From positions 106,255 through 170,254 of the forward strand of contig JACQLA010000003.1 of the NCBI GenBank assembly GCA_016204255.1: a stretch of DNA of 64,000 nt, written 5' to 3'. Positions 35,748-43,324 of this stretch are shown in pieces. This DNA is from Candidatus Microgenomates bacterium (GTDB taxonomy: Bacteria > Patescibacteriota > Microgenomatia > JACQLA01). The notes beneath the pieces were generated by a model. It was given only the letters and a program-made list of their open reading frames with translations, searched no databases and was not told the origin of the DNA. The number at the start of each line of letters is the position of its first letter. Position 1 is the first letter of the stretch. Position numbers and translations under genes: made by a program.

Positions 35748-36431
35748 ACGCTCCAATGCTTGGTTATATAAATTTATCCATTCAATAATTTTTTCTTTTA
35801 ATTCACGGCTATAAACTTGTATCGAACAAACTCCATGATCTACTTTTCTTTTTTTCTCTCTACCAAGAATATACTGAGATTTAACAAATTGTTCTTGCGA
35901 AACTCCAAGTATTTTACTCCAATATTCTTTACATATTTTTTCATTAAGGTCAGGGTAAAGAAGTAACCACAATCTAATTTTTCCTAATTGAATCTGGCAA
36001 CAAACTCTTAAAAAGGCGATAAAAATTTTTAGTAATCGATAATCAATATTAGAAATGCGCACTATTCCATTCTTTAGTCTTTTATCACCTTCTCCCCAAT
36101 AAATCATTAAACCAGGTCCAAAAAGCGGCATTGAGAACAACTTAGGGAATTCTTGGGTCGCTTGATTCCTATAGTTTAAATGAATTCTCCGCCACTTTTC
36201 CTTATTGGCTTGAGCCATTAATTTCAATTTCTCAATCGCTTTTTCCTGAGCCCGCTTTATTAAAACCTTCTTGACTCGAGATGAATAAACATCTGCCTTA
36301 AACCAGTTGGAAAGAGTGCTTTTAGGGATACCCAACTCTCGACTTATTGTGTTATAGCTTCTCTGTTTTTTTCGTAATGTAAAAGCCTTTTTTTTGAGTT
36401 TATTTTTATTTATTGAACTAACGTATGCCAT
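35733..36431 (-). CDS. HTH + LAGLIDADG-like putative homing endonuclease inside a tRNA array
   Basis: 232 aa. N-terminal HTH (RSYNTISRELGIPKSTLSNWF). GPGLMIYWGEGDK resembles a LAGLIDADG motif. The last 5 codons and the TAG stop lie inside tRNA-Gly(GCC). Family call is tentative. Confidence 0.5.
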   Translation of the reverse strand: MAYVSSINKNKLKKKAFTLRKKQRSYNTISRELGIPKSTLSNWFKADVYSSRVKKVLIKRAQEKAIEKLKLMAQANKEKWRRIHLNYRNQATQEFPKLFSMPLFGPGLMIYWGEGDKRLKNGIVRISNIDYRLLKIFIAFLRVCCQIQLGKIRLWLLLYPDLNEKICKEYWSKILGVSQEQFVKSQYILGREKKRKVDHGVCSIQVYSRELKEKIIEWINLYNQALERAGIV

Positions 36432-36482
36432 TATATTTAATGATATAACGTCAGTTTTTATTTTTCAAAGAGCAAAATTTAG

Positions 36483-36555
36483 TGCCGAGGCTCAGAGTTG
36501 CACTGAGATCTCATGTTTTTCAGACACGCGCCGTGACTACCTTGGCTACCTCGGC
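36483..36555 (-). tRNA. tRNA-Phe (GAA) with atypical T loop
   Basis: Acceptor GCCGAGG/CCUCGGC, A73, anticodon arm CGUGU-CUGAAAA-ACAUG, T arm CUCAG-UGCAACU-CUGAG (G at position 55). Confidence 0.75.
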
Positions 36556-36606
36556 ATACCGGAGTATTTTATCCGACTTTGGCTTTCACTTCAAGCCTGT
36601 TATTTG

Positions 36607-36680
36607 TGGGCTTGCCAGGATTCGAACCTGGGACCTTCTCGATGTAAACGAGACGCTCTAACCAACTGAGCCACAAGCCC
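36607..36680 (-). tRNA. tRNA-Val (TAC)
   Basis: GGGCUUG-UG-GCUC-AGUUGGUUA-GAGC-G-UCUCG-UUUACAU-CGAGA-AGGUC-CCAGG-UUCGAAU-CCUGG-CAAGCCC-A. Confidence 0.9.
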
Positions 36681-36685
36681 TTACT

Positions 36686-36772
36686 TGGTGCGGACGAGAG
36701 GACTTGAACCTCCACGACCTTGCGGTCACAGGCTCCTCAAGCCTGCCTGTCTACCGATTCCAGCACGTCCGC
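36686..36772 (-). tRNA. tRNA-Leu (GAG), class II, CCA encoded
   Basis: Acceptor GCGGACG/CGUCCGC, anticodon arm CAGGC-UUGAGGA-GCCUG, long variable arm, T arm GGAGG-UUCAAGU-CCUCU, ACCA. Confidence 0.9.
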
Positions 36773-36922
36773 AAAAGCACACAGACAAGCCTATTCTATC
36801 AAAAATCGCTTGAATTTCCAACAAATCCTACTAAGCTATTCTTCGAGCGATCCCGATTAAATCGGGGAGTCGAGAAGTTAAATTATTGTAGTTCTCGACT
36901 ACACTCGAACAGCAAGAGGACC

Positions 36923-38029
36923 TCATAGTAACTCGAGGGATTTTTTGGGGGCTTGGTAGTTTTGATTGTAAAAAATCGCTTTTTCAAATTCCTGGCGGGC
37001 CAGATCTTTTTTTCCTTGCTCTAAATAAATTTCTCCCCGAATTTGATAAAGTTCGGCAAAAGCGCGATTTCCGTTGGAAAGTATTTTTTCAATAATTTCA
37101 AGGGTGCGGTTAAAATTGCCCGTTTTTTGATAGGCTAAAATCGGCTCAATCTGATACCAAATCATCCGGCGCGGTAAACGCGACTCAACCTCCTCAAATG
37201 CCTGAATGGATTTTGCATATTTCTCCAGATGATAAAAACTCGCGGCCAGGTTAAACACCGGATAAATATTTTCCGGATCAAGCTCCCGCTCTTTTTCCGC
37301 TCTTACTTTAGTCTTTTCCCAAGCGGTTTTCTCATCCCGATCCTCACCTAAAATCGTCTGGACAACTTCTTCCTTTTCTTTCGGATATACAATGATGTAG
37401 GCATAATTAAAAGGCTGCCAGATCGACAAAAAATCAAAATAGGAAAATTTTTTATTGGGTCCCTGATAAGAATCGTCTTGAATGATAACCTTTTCCTTTT
37501 CATCAAAACCTTTGACGATTCGAAAGTGCCCTATATCCTCACCTGATTTAAGCCAGGTTTTTACTACCACCGGGATTCCATTAGCAGTAAATTGTTTTAA
37601 AAGATCAAGAGTTCCGCCGGGTCTGCTGATTGCTGAAAGACCATAGTTTTGTGCCCAGGAAACAAATTCACTGGTAAAAATTGTCTTATCGTCATTGTCT
37701 CCACCCAAATTTTGAAAAGGGCGCATTTTCGCCCCCAGTTCCTGCTGAGAAACATTAATGTTATAAAACGCCAAAATCATCGAGAGTGTCGCCGGGCCGC
37801 AATTGTTGAAGGTTTGATAAACATGATTTTTCAAGGGAATGAGGGCTGAATCACCTGAAGGCTTAAGCGAAACCTTCAAATCCGGCCGAGGGATGAAATC
37901 TTGAGATTTTTCGGGTAAAACAAACTTCGTTTGAACGGCTGGTTGAGATTTTTTAAAAGTGGGCGCAAAAAACCAAAAGGACAAACCACCGATGATTAAA
38001 GCGACAGTCAAGACTAATCTTTTTTTCAT
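36923..38029 (-). CDS. Peptidase C39-like domain protein with C-terminal TPR repeats
   Basis: 368 aa. Signal anchor. YQTFNNCGPATLSMILAFYN (C39_2 catalytic Cys context), GHFRIV His. TPR-like C-terminus. Confidence 0.75.
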   Translation of the reverse strand: MKKRLVLTVALIIGGLSFWFFAPTFKKSQPAVQTKFVLPEKSQDFIPRPDLKVSLKPSGDSALIPLKNHVYQTFNNCGPATLSMILAFYNINVSQQELGAKMRPFQNLGGDNDDKTIFTSEFVSWAQNYGLSAISRPGGTLDLLKQFTANGIPVVVKTWLKSGEDIGHFRIVKGFDEKEKVIIQDDSYQGPNKKFSYFDFLSIWQPFNYAYIIVYPKEKEEVVQTILGEDRDEKTAWEKTKVRAEKERELDPENIYPVFNLAASFYHLEKYAKSIQAFEEVESRLPRRMIWYQIEPILAYQKTGNFNRTLEIIEKILSNGNRAFAELYQIRGEIYLEQGKKDLARQEFEKAIFYNQNYQAPKKSLELL

Positions 38030-38042
38030 TTTTGTACCACTC

Positions 38043-38147
38043 TGTCATTTCAAACGAAGTGAGAAATCTAGGCACGAAGTGCCGTAAAAAACAATTTCTG
38101 CGCTTCGCTAGATTTCTCGCCCCGATTCAATCGGGCTCGAAATGACA
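38043..38147. repeat. Inverted-repeat element (TGTCATTTCAAACGAAGTGAGAAATCTAGG...CTCGAAATGACA)
   Basis: 105 bp. The right arm carries the sub-hairpin CCCGATTCAATCGGG. Confidence 0.75.
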
Positions 38148-38162
38148 AGACAATTTCGTAAT

Positions 38163-39260
38163 TCAGGTTAGTTGTTTAAGATGTTTGTTGAAAAATTCAA
38201 GCGATCTCTGGGCGGCTAAATTAAAAGCAGTGCCGCTTAAATTATGGTCGGCACCTTCATAAGTGTAAAATTCTACCGGCTTGCCAGCCTTTTCTAATGC
38301 CTCTTTTAAACCTTGAGAAAACTCAATCGGGACGGATTCATCGATTGTCCCATGATGAAGTTGCACGGGGCCGGAAATTTCGGAAACAAAGTGAATTGGC
38401 GAGATAGAATTCCAAAAGTCCGGATTTTGTTCAAACGTTCCATATTTCTCAATTAAATTTTGCCTGCTCGGACGATAATTGGCCTGCTCCCTGGCTGAAG
38501 GTTTCCAAGGAGTTTTACGGTTCCAACGATTCATTAAATCATCGTATGAGGCCACAACGCCAGCCCAAATCACTCCGGCTTTAATCTCTTTTGAAACAAC
38601 CATACTTCTTAAGGTGATGTGACCACCCATCGAATGACCCCACATCCCAATCTTTTCCGAATCTATTATCAACTGACCGGACTTATTTTTGAGATCTGTC
38701 AATTTTTTAACAGAAGATATGGCGTTTAGAACATCAACCGTATAGGCCGGTGAGTGGTAAGCCCCTTCCGGGCTGCCGTCAGAATTTCCATGACCACGAT
38801 AGTCCGGCTTGAAAACAACATAACCAGCCCGGGCAAAAACATCAACATAGGCCTCATACCGCTGGGTGGTTTGGTACTGTTCCGGCGGAATATAACCGTG
38901 ATTAAAGATAACCACCGGCCAGCCGGACAAGGGTTTTAAACCTATAGGGATTGTTAATAGTGCATAAATCTTCAGCCCCTCGGATTTGTAAGAAACAAGA
39001 TAGCGATTATAACTTTGGGCCGACGGTAAAGTCTGCTCAATAACCACCTCACTGCCGGGGTAATCACGGGCTCGCATTGCCTCAATCGTTAAAGGATCAA
39101 GTGGAGGTTTGGCAGTTTCCGGACTCTGGGCGGGTTGCATAATCTGACTCCGGGTTAGAATAGTACGTTTTCCCATTAAAACAAAACCTATCAGAGCAAA
39201 TCCGACAACCACTGAAAAAATAAACAAGCGCTTTAGCATATTTTTATTCATACCGATCAA
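38163..39260 (-). CDS. Alpha/beta hydrolase, prolyl oligopeptidase (S9)/dienelactone-hydrolase-like
   Basis: 365 aa. TM anchor, nucleophile elbow GMWGHSMGG, C-terminal HHGTIDESVP and GADHN. Confidence 0.85.
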   Translation of the reverse strand: MIGMNKNMLKRLFIFSVVVGFALIGFVLMGKRTILTRSQIMQPAQSPETAKPPLDPLTIEAMRARDYPGSEVVIEQTLPSAQSYNRYLVSYKSEGLKIYALLTIPIGLKPLSGWPVVIFNHGYIPPEQYQTTQRYEAYVDVFARAGYVVFKPDYRGHGNSDGSPEGAYHSPAYTVDVLNAISSVKKLTDLKNKSGQLIIDSEKIGMWGHSMGGHITLRSMVVSKEIKAGVIWAGVVASYDDLMNRWNRKTPWKPSAREQANYRPSRQNLIEKYGTFEQNPDFWNSISPIHFVSEISGPVQLHHGTIDESVPIEFSQGLKEALEKAGKPVEFYTYEGADHNLSGTAFNLAAQRSLEFFNKHLKQLT

Positions 39261-39398
39261 TTTGTAGTTTTGGGGGGAGTTGGAAGAAATTAAATAGGTT
39301 AGAAGTTAAGTATCTTTAGTGAAGTTTTGCGATAACTCATTTTAACACAAATTATTTTTAAAACAAGTGCCCGTCAAATGCGGCTATCACGTCTGACG

Positions 39399-39483
39399 TG
39401 GTGCCGAAGGTGGGACTTGAACCCACACCCCTTGCGGGACACGGCCCTGAACCGTGCGCGTCTGCCAATTCCGCCACTTCGGC
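39399..39483 (-). tRNA. tRNA-Leu (CAG), class II, CCA encoded
   Basis: GCCGAAG-UG-GCG-GAAUUGGCAGA-CGC-G-CACGG-UUCAGGG-CCGUG, variable arm, GUGGG-UUCAAGU-CCCAC-CUUCGGC-ACCA. Confidence 0.9.
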
Positions 39484-39497
39484 CTGATAACTTAGTT

Positions 39498-39752
39498 TTA
39501 TTTTAAAACGTGCGTAAACAAATTTTTCTTCATCCAACGACGCCCTACAGCTGATTTAAAATATTTTTCTCTTTTGATTACTTCTTCTAAGGTAGCAAAA
39601 AAATCCGAATAAATAATTTCCCATGGTCTATATCGTTTACTGAAGATACTGTTGCCATTATTGTGTTGAATAAGTCTTCGTTCCAGGTTGTCTGTGTGAC
39701 CAACGTATGTTTTTTCAGCTACTCGACTTTTAAGAATATACACGACGTACAT
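39498..39752 (-). CDS. GIY-YIG nuclease-domain protein (UPF0213-like)
   Basis: 84 aa. VVYILKSRVAEKTYVGHTDNLERRLIQHN ... KREKYFK matches the GIY-(x10)-YVG, R and E/N positions of GIY-YIG. Confidence 0.85.
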   Translation of the reverse strand: MYVVYILKSRVAEKTYVGHTDNLERRLIQHNNGNSIFSKRYRPWEIIYSDFFATLEEVIKREKYFKSAVGRRWMKKNLFTHVLK

Positions 39753-39854
39753 TTGCGCGTCTACCCGCCTCGACTCGACCGACGTCGAGTGGGGCGAGGC
39801 GGGTCAATTCCGCCCGCCTAGCCTTGACGTCTAGTCGAGGCTGGCCACTTCGGC
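39753..39854 (-). pseudogene. 5' fragment of tRNA-Leu(CAG) (positions 1 to about 28) carrying two GC-rich hairpin insertions
   Basis: GCCGAAGUGG + 32-nt insert (39813-39844) + CGGAAUUG + 42-nt hairpin (39763-39804) + AGACGCGCA, then A-AUG of the GIY-YIG ORF. The three tRNA-derived blocks (27 nt) are identical to the intact gene 270 nt downstream. Confidence 0.65.
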
Positions 39855-39933
39855 TTACCGACCTAATTTTAACTCAGCCTTGGAAACTTGACAAGTTTTC
39901 ACAAATGTGTAACCATGAAGATTAAACAAAACC

Positions 39934-40530
39934 ATGCTTAAAAAAATAATTCTGGTTGGGCTATGGTTTCCTGCCACTTTTATTGTTCTTCTGATAACGA
40001 TTTTCGCCTCGCAAAGATATTCTCAAGTTAGAGATGGTCATTTGCTGGCTAAAGAAATTATCCGCGAGCATCTTGCCCAAAATGGCTATCAAATCTATGC
40101 CGCCTTGCCCTCAGTTTTAGGCAGCTTTACCACCGCCATCGAAACCGGGGATGCCCGGCCGGAAATAGTCAAACGCTATCTAGAAAAATATGATTCTCCT
40201 CTATTGCCCTACGCCGGTGAAATCGTTCGGCTTTCAGATAAAAATAATCTCGATTTTCGCCTCATTGTCTCGATTGCTCAATGCGAATCAAATGTTTGTA
40301 AAAAAATCCCCGAAGGGTCGTATAACTGCTGGGGTTTTGAAAACGGCGCAACCAAATTCGGCTCCTGGGAACACGCTCTTCAGCGGGTAGCCAAGACTTT
40401 GAAAGAGGGCTATATTGATCAAGGCCTGGTGACGCCCGAACAGATTATGCCCAAATATGCTCCTCCAAGTGTAGCTAAAGGCGGCCCTTGGGCAAAATGC
40501 GTAAACCATTTCTTCGAAGAAATGGAATAA
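39934..40530 (+). CDS. Membrane-anchored SLT/lysozyme-like peptidoglycan hydrolase-like protein (paralog 1)
   Basis: 198 aa. TM anchor. IVSIAQCESN (E-S catalytic-type context). Paralogous to 40782-41381 over ~120 aa (YNCWGFENG~[18 protein letters not shown]~[15 protein letters not shown]~IYAPPS). Confidence 0.55.
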   Translation: MLKKIILVGLWFPATFIVLLITIFASQRYSQVRDGHLLAKEIIREHLAQNGYQIYAALPSVLGSFTTAIETGDARPEIVKRYLEKYDSPLLPYAGEIVRLSDKNNLDFRLIVSIAQCESNVCKKIPEGSYNCWGFENGATKFGSWEHALQRVAKTLKEGYIDQGLVTPEQIMPKYAPPSVAKGGPWAKCVNHFFEEME

Positions 40531-40659
40531 GTCTAACTCATAGTTAAATAATCTATTGGAATCCTTCTACGTTAATTTTTCCTTAAAATAATGCTTGAGG
40601 CCCTAAACATCATCATTCTAAAAGTGGTTTATCTTAAGGAGCGCAGTGACGAAGGAGAC

Positions 40660-40688
40660 TTGACAAACCCATAGTTATTTAGTATAAT
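40660..40688 (+). promoter_or_regulatory. Consensus sigma70-type promoter
   Basis: TTGACA (40660-40665), 17-nt spacer, TATAAT (40683-40688). Confidence 0.7.
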
Positions 40689-40698
40689 CCGCGTTTAG

Positions 40699-40741
40699 AT
40701 CCTGAGGTGGTTTTTAACTAAACTACTTTAGGATTTTTTTT
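40699..40741 (+). terminator. Intrinsic terminator-like hairpin directly downstream of the promoter
   Basis: AUCCUGAGGUGGUUU-UUAACU-AAACUACUUUAGGAU (15 bp including G-U pairs) followed by U9. Confidence 0.55.
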
Positions 40742-40743
40742 AT

Positions 40744-40772
40744 GGCCCGCCGTGTGGCGGGCCTGAATTTTT
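40744..40772 (+). terminator. Second GC-rich hairpin (GGCCCGCC-GUGU-GGCGGGCC) followed by UGAAUUUUU
   Basis: Perfect 8-bp GC stem seen in sequence. The U tract is interrupted. Confidence 0.4.
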
Positions 40773-40781
40773 AACTCAAAT

Positions 40782-41381
40782 ATGACAAAATTTCTGCTCA
40801 ATCTACTTGTTATTTTGGGGCTCACTATCTTCCTCACCAGCCCCATACAAGCTCAAACTACTCTCGCTGACTCTAAGCGGGCCAGCCTCGCTGACTCTAA
40901 GCGGGCCAGCTTTATCACGAGCGGTTTTTCTGCCGAACTGATTAGTGTTAAACCGGTTAAAAAGGCAGATAAGCGAGTTCAACAACTACGTCTTTTCCTG
41001 GCGCATTATAATTCACCCTTAGAGGACTTTGCGCCCGCTTTTATTGAATCTGCAGATAGAAACGGTGTTGACTGGAAGCTGGTTCCGGCAATTACCGGTG
41101 TTGAATCGACTTTTGGTAAAGCCATTCCGGCCAAATCTTACAATGCCTATGGTTGGGCCAACGGTGAGTATTACTTTAAAAACTGGGGCGAATCAATTGA
41201 AATTGTCAACAAAACCCTTAAAGAAAAGTATATTGACCGGGGAGCCAATACGGTGGAAAAGATTGCGCCAATTTATGCTCCACCTTCCCGAACGTGGGCT
41301 GGAAAAGTGAACTTTTTTATGCGTAAAATTGAAAGTTTTGATAAGATTCAAGAGCCGCAAAGCCTTGCGCTTTCCTTGTAA
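40782..41381 (+). CDS. Secreted SLT/lysozyme-like peptidoglycan hydrolase-like protein (paralog 2)
   Basis: 199 aa. Signal peptide, tandem duplicated [18 protein letters not shown]. Paralog of 39934-40530. Confidence 0.55.
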   Translation: MTKFLLNLLVILGLTIFLTSPIQAQTTLADSKRASLADSKRASFITSGFSAELISVKPVKKADKRVQQLRLFLAHYNSPLEDFAPAFIESADRNGVDWKLVPAITGVESTFGKAIPAKSYNAYGWANGEYYFKNWGESIEIVNKTLKEKYIDRGANTVEKIAPIYAPPSRTWAGKVNFFMRKIESFDKIQEPQSLALSL

Positions 41382-41413
41382 ATCCTCGTGTGTTAAAATT
41401 GTTGTGGCCATCC

Positions 41414-41495
41414 GCCGAGGTGGCGGAATTGGTATACGCGTACGGCTTAGAACCGTATGGGGCAACCCTTGGAGGTTCGAGTCCTCTCCTCGGCA
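41414..41495 (+). tRNA. tRNA-Leu (TAG), class II
   Basis: GCCGAGG-UG-GCG-GAAUUGGUAUA-CGC-G-UACGG-CUUAGAA-CCGUA, variable arm, GGAGG-UUCGAGU-CCUCU-CCUCGGC-A. Confidence 0.9.
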
Positions 41496-41616
41496 CTTTT
41501 TACCAAGCTTTTACCGCTGGTCGTTTTTCTTCCCAAAAGGAAACCGGAGAAAAGGCCGTGGAAAAAGCAGATAAAATTTATAAAATAGTTAATCAAAGCA
41601 ACTGATAATAGAAGGG

Positions 41617-42129
41617 CTATCGGTATATTCGGTATTCAACCTCATCCAGCTTCTTTCCTTCGGGGGTTGTTTTTATATATTCGTCCTCTACGACTCCGCC
41701 TAAAGATTCTGGAATTTTTCGGCTGGCAATATTATTTTTATCTACCGGATATTTAAGGTATTTGTAATTGAGATTTTCCCTTGCCCAGTTAACTAGGGCG
41801 GTAACGGCTTCTCGTCCATACTTTTGGCCATGTGCAGATTTTTTGATCCAAATTCCTAATTCCGGTGTTTCTGAATTGATGCTGTGCAAACCAGCACAAC
41901 CTAAAAATTCCCCTGTTTGTTTATCAATAACCACCATCTGTAATTCCTGATCGTTTTGCATGCTTTGAAGAGCTTTATCTATAAAATCGTATGTTTCCTC
42001 AATTGTCGCGGGAGATTTAGGATACATAAAAACTGTAATCTCGTCGGTAAATTCCTGAAAAATTTGATCAGCAAAATTTCGAGAAATGGGCACCAATGAA
42101 AGTTTCTCAAACTCGATAGTGATATTCAT
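41617..42129 (-). CDS. GNAT-family N-acetyltransferase (RimJ/RimL-like)
   Basis: 170 aa. GCAGLHSINSETPELGIWIKKSAHGQKYGREAVTALVNWA is the acetyl-CoA-binding motif A region. Confidence 0.8.
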   Translation of the reverse strand: MNITIEFEKLSLVPISRNFADQIFQEFTDEITVFMYPKSPATIEETYDFIDKALQSMQNDQELQMVVIDKQTGEFLGCAGLHSINSETPELGIWIKKSAHGQKYGREAVTALVNWARENLNYKYLKYPVDKNNIASRKIPESLGGVVEDEYIKTTPEGKKLDEVEYRIYR

Positions 42130-42301
42130 AGATCAAATCTTATCTGAATGCTTTTAAAGAAACAAGTTTTAAAATCAAATTAAAACAAGTCATCATTTGT
42201 AAAAGTTGGTTTCATCATATAAAATAAGGGGCACAAAAATTTAGTTTCGCTGCGAGCTTATTTAATAATTTCCCTGCCTTAAATGCAGGGTTTTTTGTGG
42301 C

Positions 42302-43324
42302 ATGAATAAAAGATCAGCAATCATCGCTTTAATTTTAATCGCTGTTATCTCTGGATCCGTCTGGGGCTGGAAAAATTTTTTTGGAAAAAAAGAACCGGCA
42401 TTTAAAACCATTAAAGTCGAGCGGGGGAGTATTGAACAAACAGTTTCGGCTTCAGGCAGAGTCAAAGCGAAAAAAGAAGTGGATTTAAGGTTTCGGGATC
42501 CGGGAAAGTTAGCCTGGGTGGGCATTGAAGAAGGGCAACAAGTTTTTGCCGGACAGCAAATTGCACAACTTGATCAAAGAGAAATGCGGGCAAATCTTGA
42601 TAAATCACTTTTAGATTATCTAAGCGAGCGTAATGATTTCGATGAACTAACCAAGACTACTTATCCCGGGCAAACACCGCAAACTGCCGCCAACGACACG
42701 GTTAAAAGAATTCTTGAAAAAGAGCAATGGGATTTAAATAAATCGATTTTGGACGTTGAGCTTAAAAATATCAGTCTGGAATACTCGACATTGGTAAGCC
42801 CTATCGGCGGAATTGTTACGAAAGCCACTTTCCCCGTTGCCGGCCTTAATATCCTTACGTCTGAACCCGCCTTCACCATCGCCGACCCCTCATCGACAAT
42901 TTTTTTGGTCAATGTCGATGAAGCCGATATCGGTAGCATCAAAGAGGGTCAGGAAGTTTTGATCAGTCTTGATGCTTACTTTGGCCAAAATTTTAACGGA
43001 CAAGTCAAAAAAATAGCTTTTTCCTCAGTCAGCACCTCCGGCGGGGGAACTGCTTTCCCCATCGAGGTTAATCTGCCGGAAAATTCCGGCCAGCGTTTTA
43101 AAATTGGCATGAATGGAGATGCGGAAATAACCATTGCCCAAAAGGATAATGTTTTAACCATACCTATTGAAGCGCTTAAGGAAAAAGATGGCAAAAAATT
43201 TATTCGGGTTTTAAAAGACGGCACGCCTGAAGAAATCGAGGTTGAGACCGGCATAGCAAGCGAAACAAAAGTAGAAATTACTCGCGGGGTCGGTGAGGGG
43301 GAAGTAATAATTGTTGGAGAATAA
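42302..43324 (+). CDS. Efflux membrane-fusion (HlyD/MacA-like) periplasmic adaptor
   Basis: 340 aa. TM anchor, beta-barrel/lipoyl motifs (VSASGRVKAKKEVDLRF, VSPIGGIVT, ADPSSTIFLVNVDEADI). Abuts the ABC ATPase gene. Confidence 0.85.
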   Translation: MNKRSAIIALILIAVISGSVWGWKNFFGKKEPAFKTIKVERGSIEQTVSASGRVKAKKEVDLRFRDPGKLAWVGIEEGQQVFAGQQIAQLDQREMRANLDKSLLDYLSERNDFDELTKTTYPGQTPQTAANDTVKRILEKEQWDLNKSILDVELKNISLEYSTLVSPIGGIVTKATFPVAGLNILTSEPAFTIADPSSTIFLVNVDEADIGSIKEGQEVLISLDAYFGQNFNGQVKKIAFSSVSTSGGGTAFPIEVNLPENSGQRFKIGMNGDAEITIAQKDNVLTIPIEALKEKDGKKFIRVLKDGTPEEIEVETGIASETKVEITRGVGEGEVIIVGE

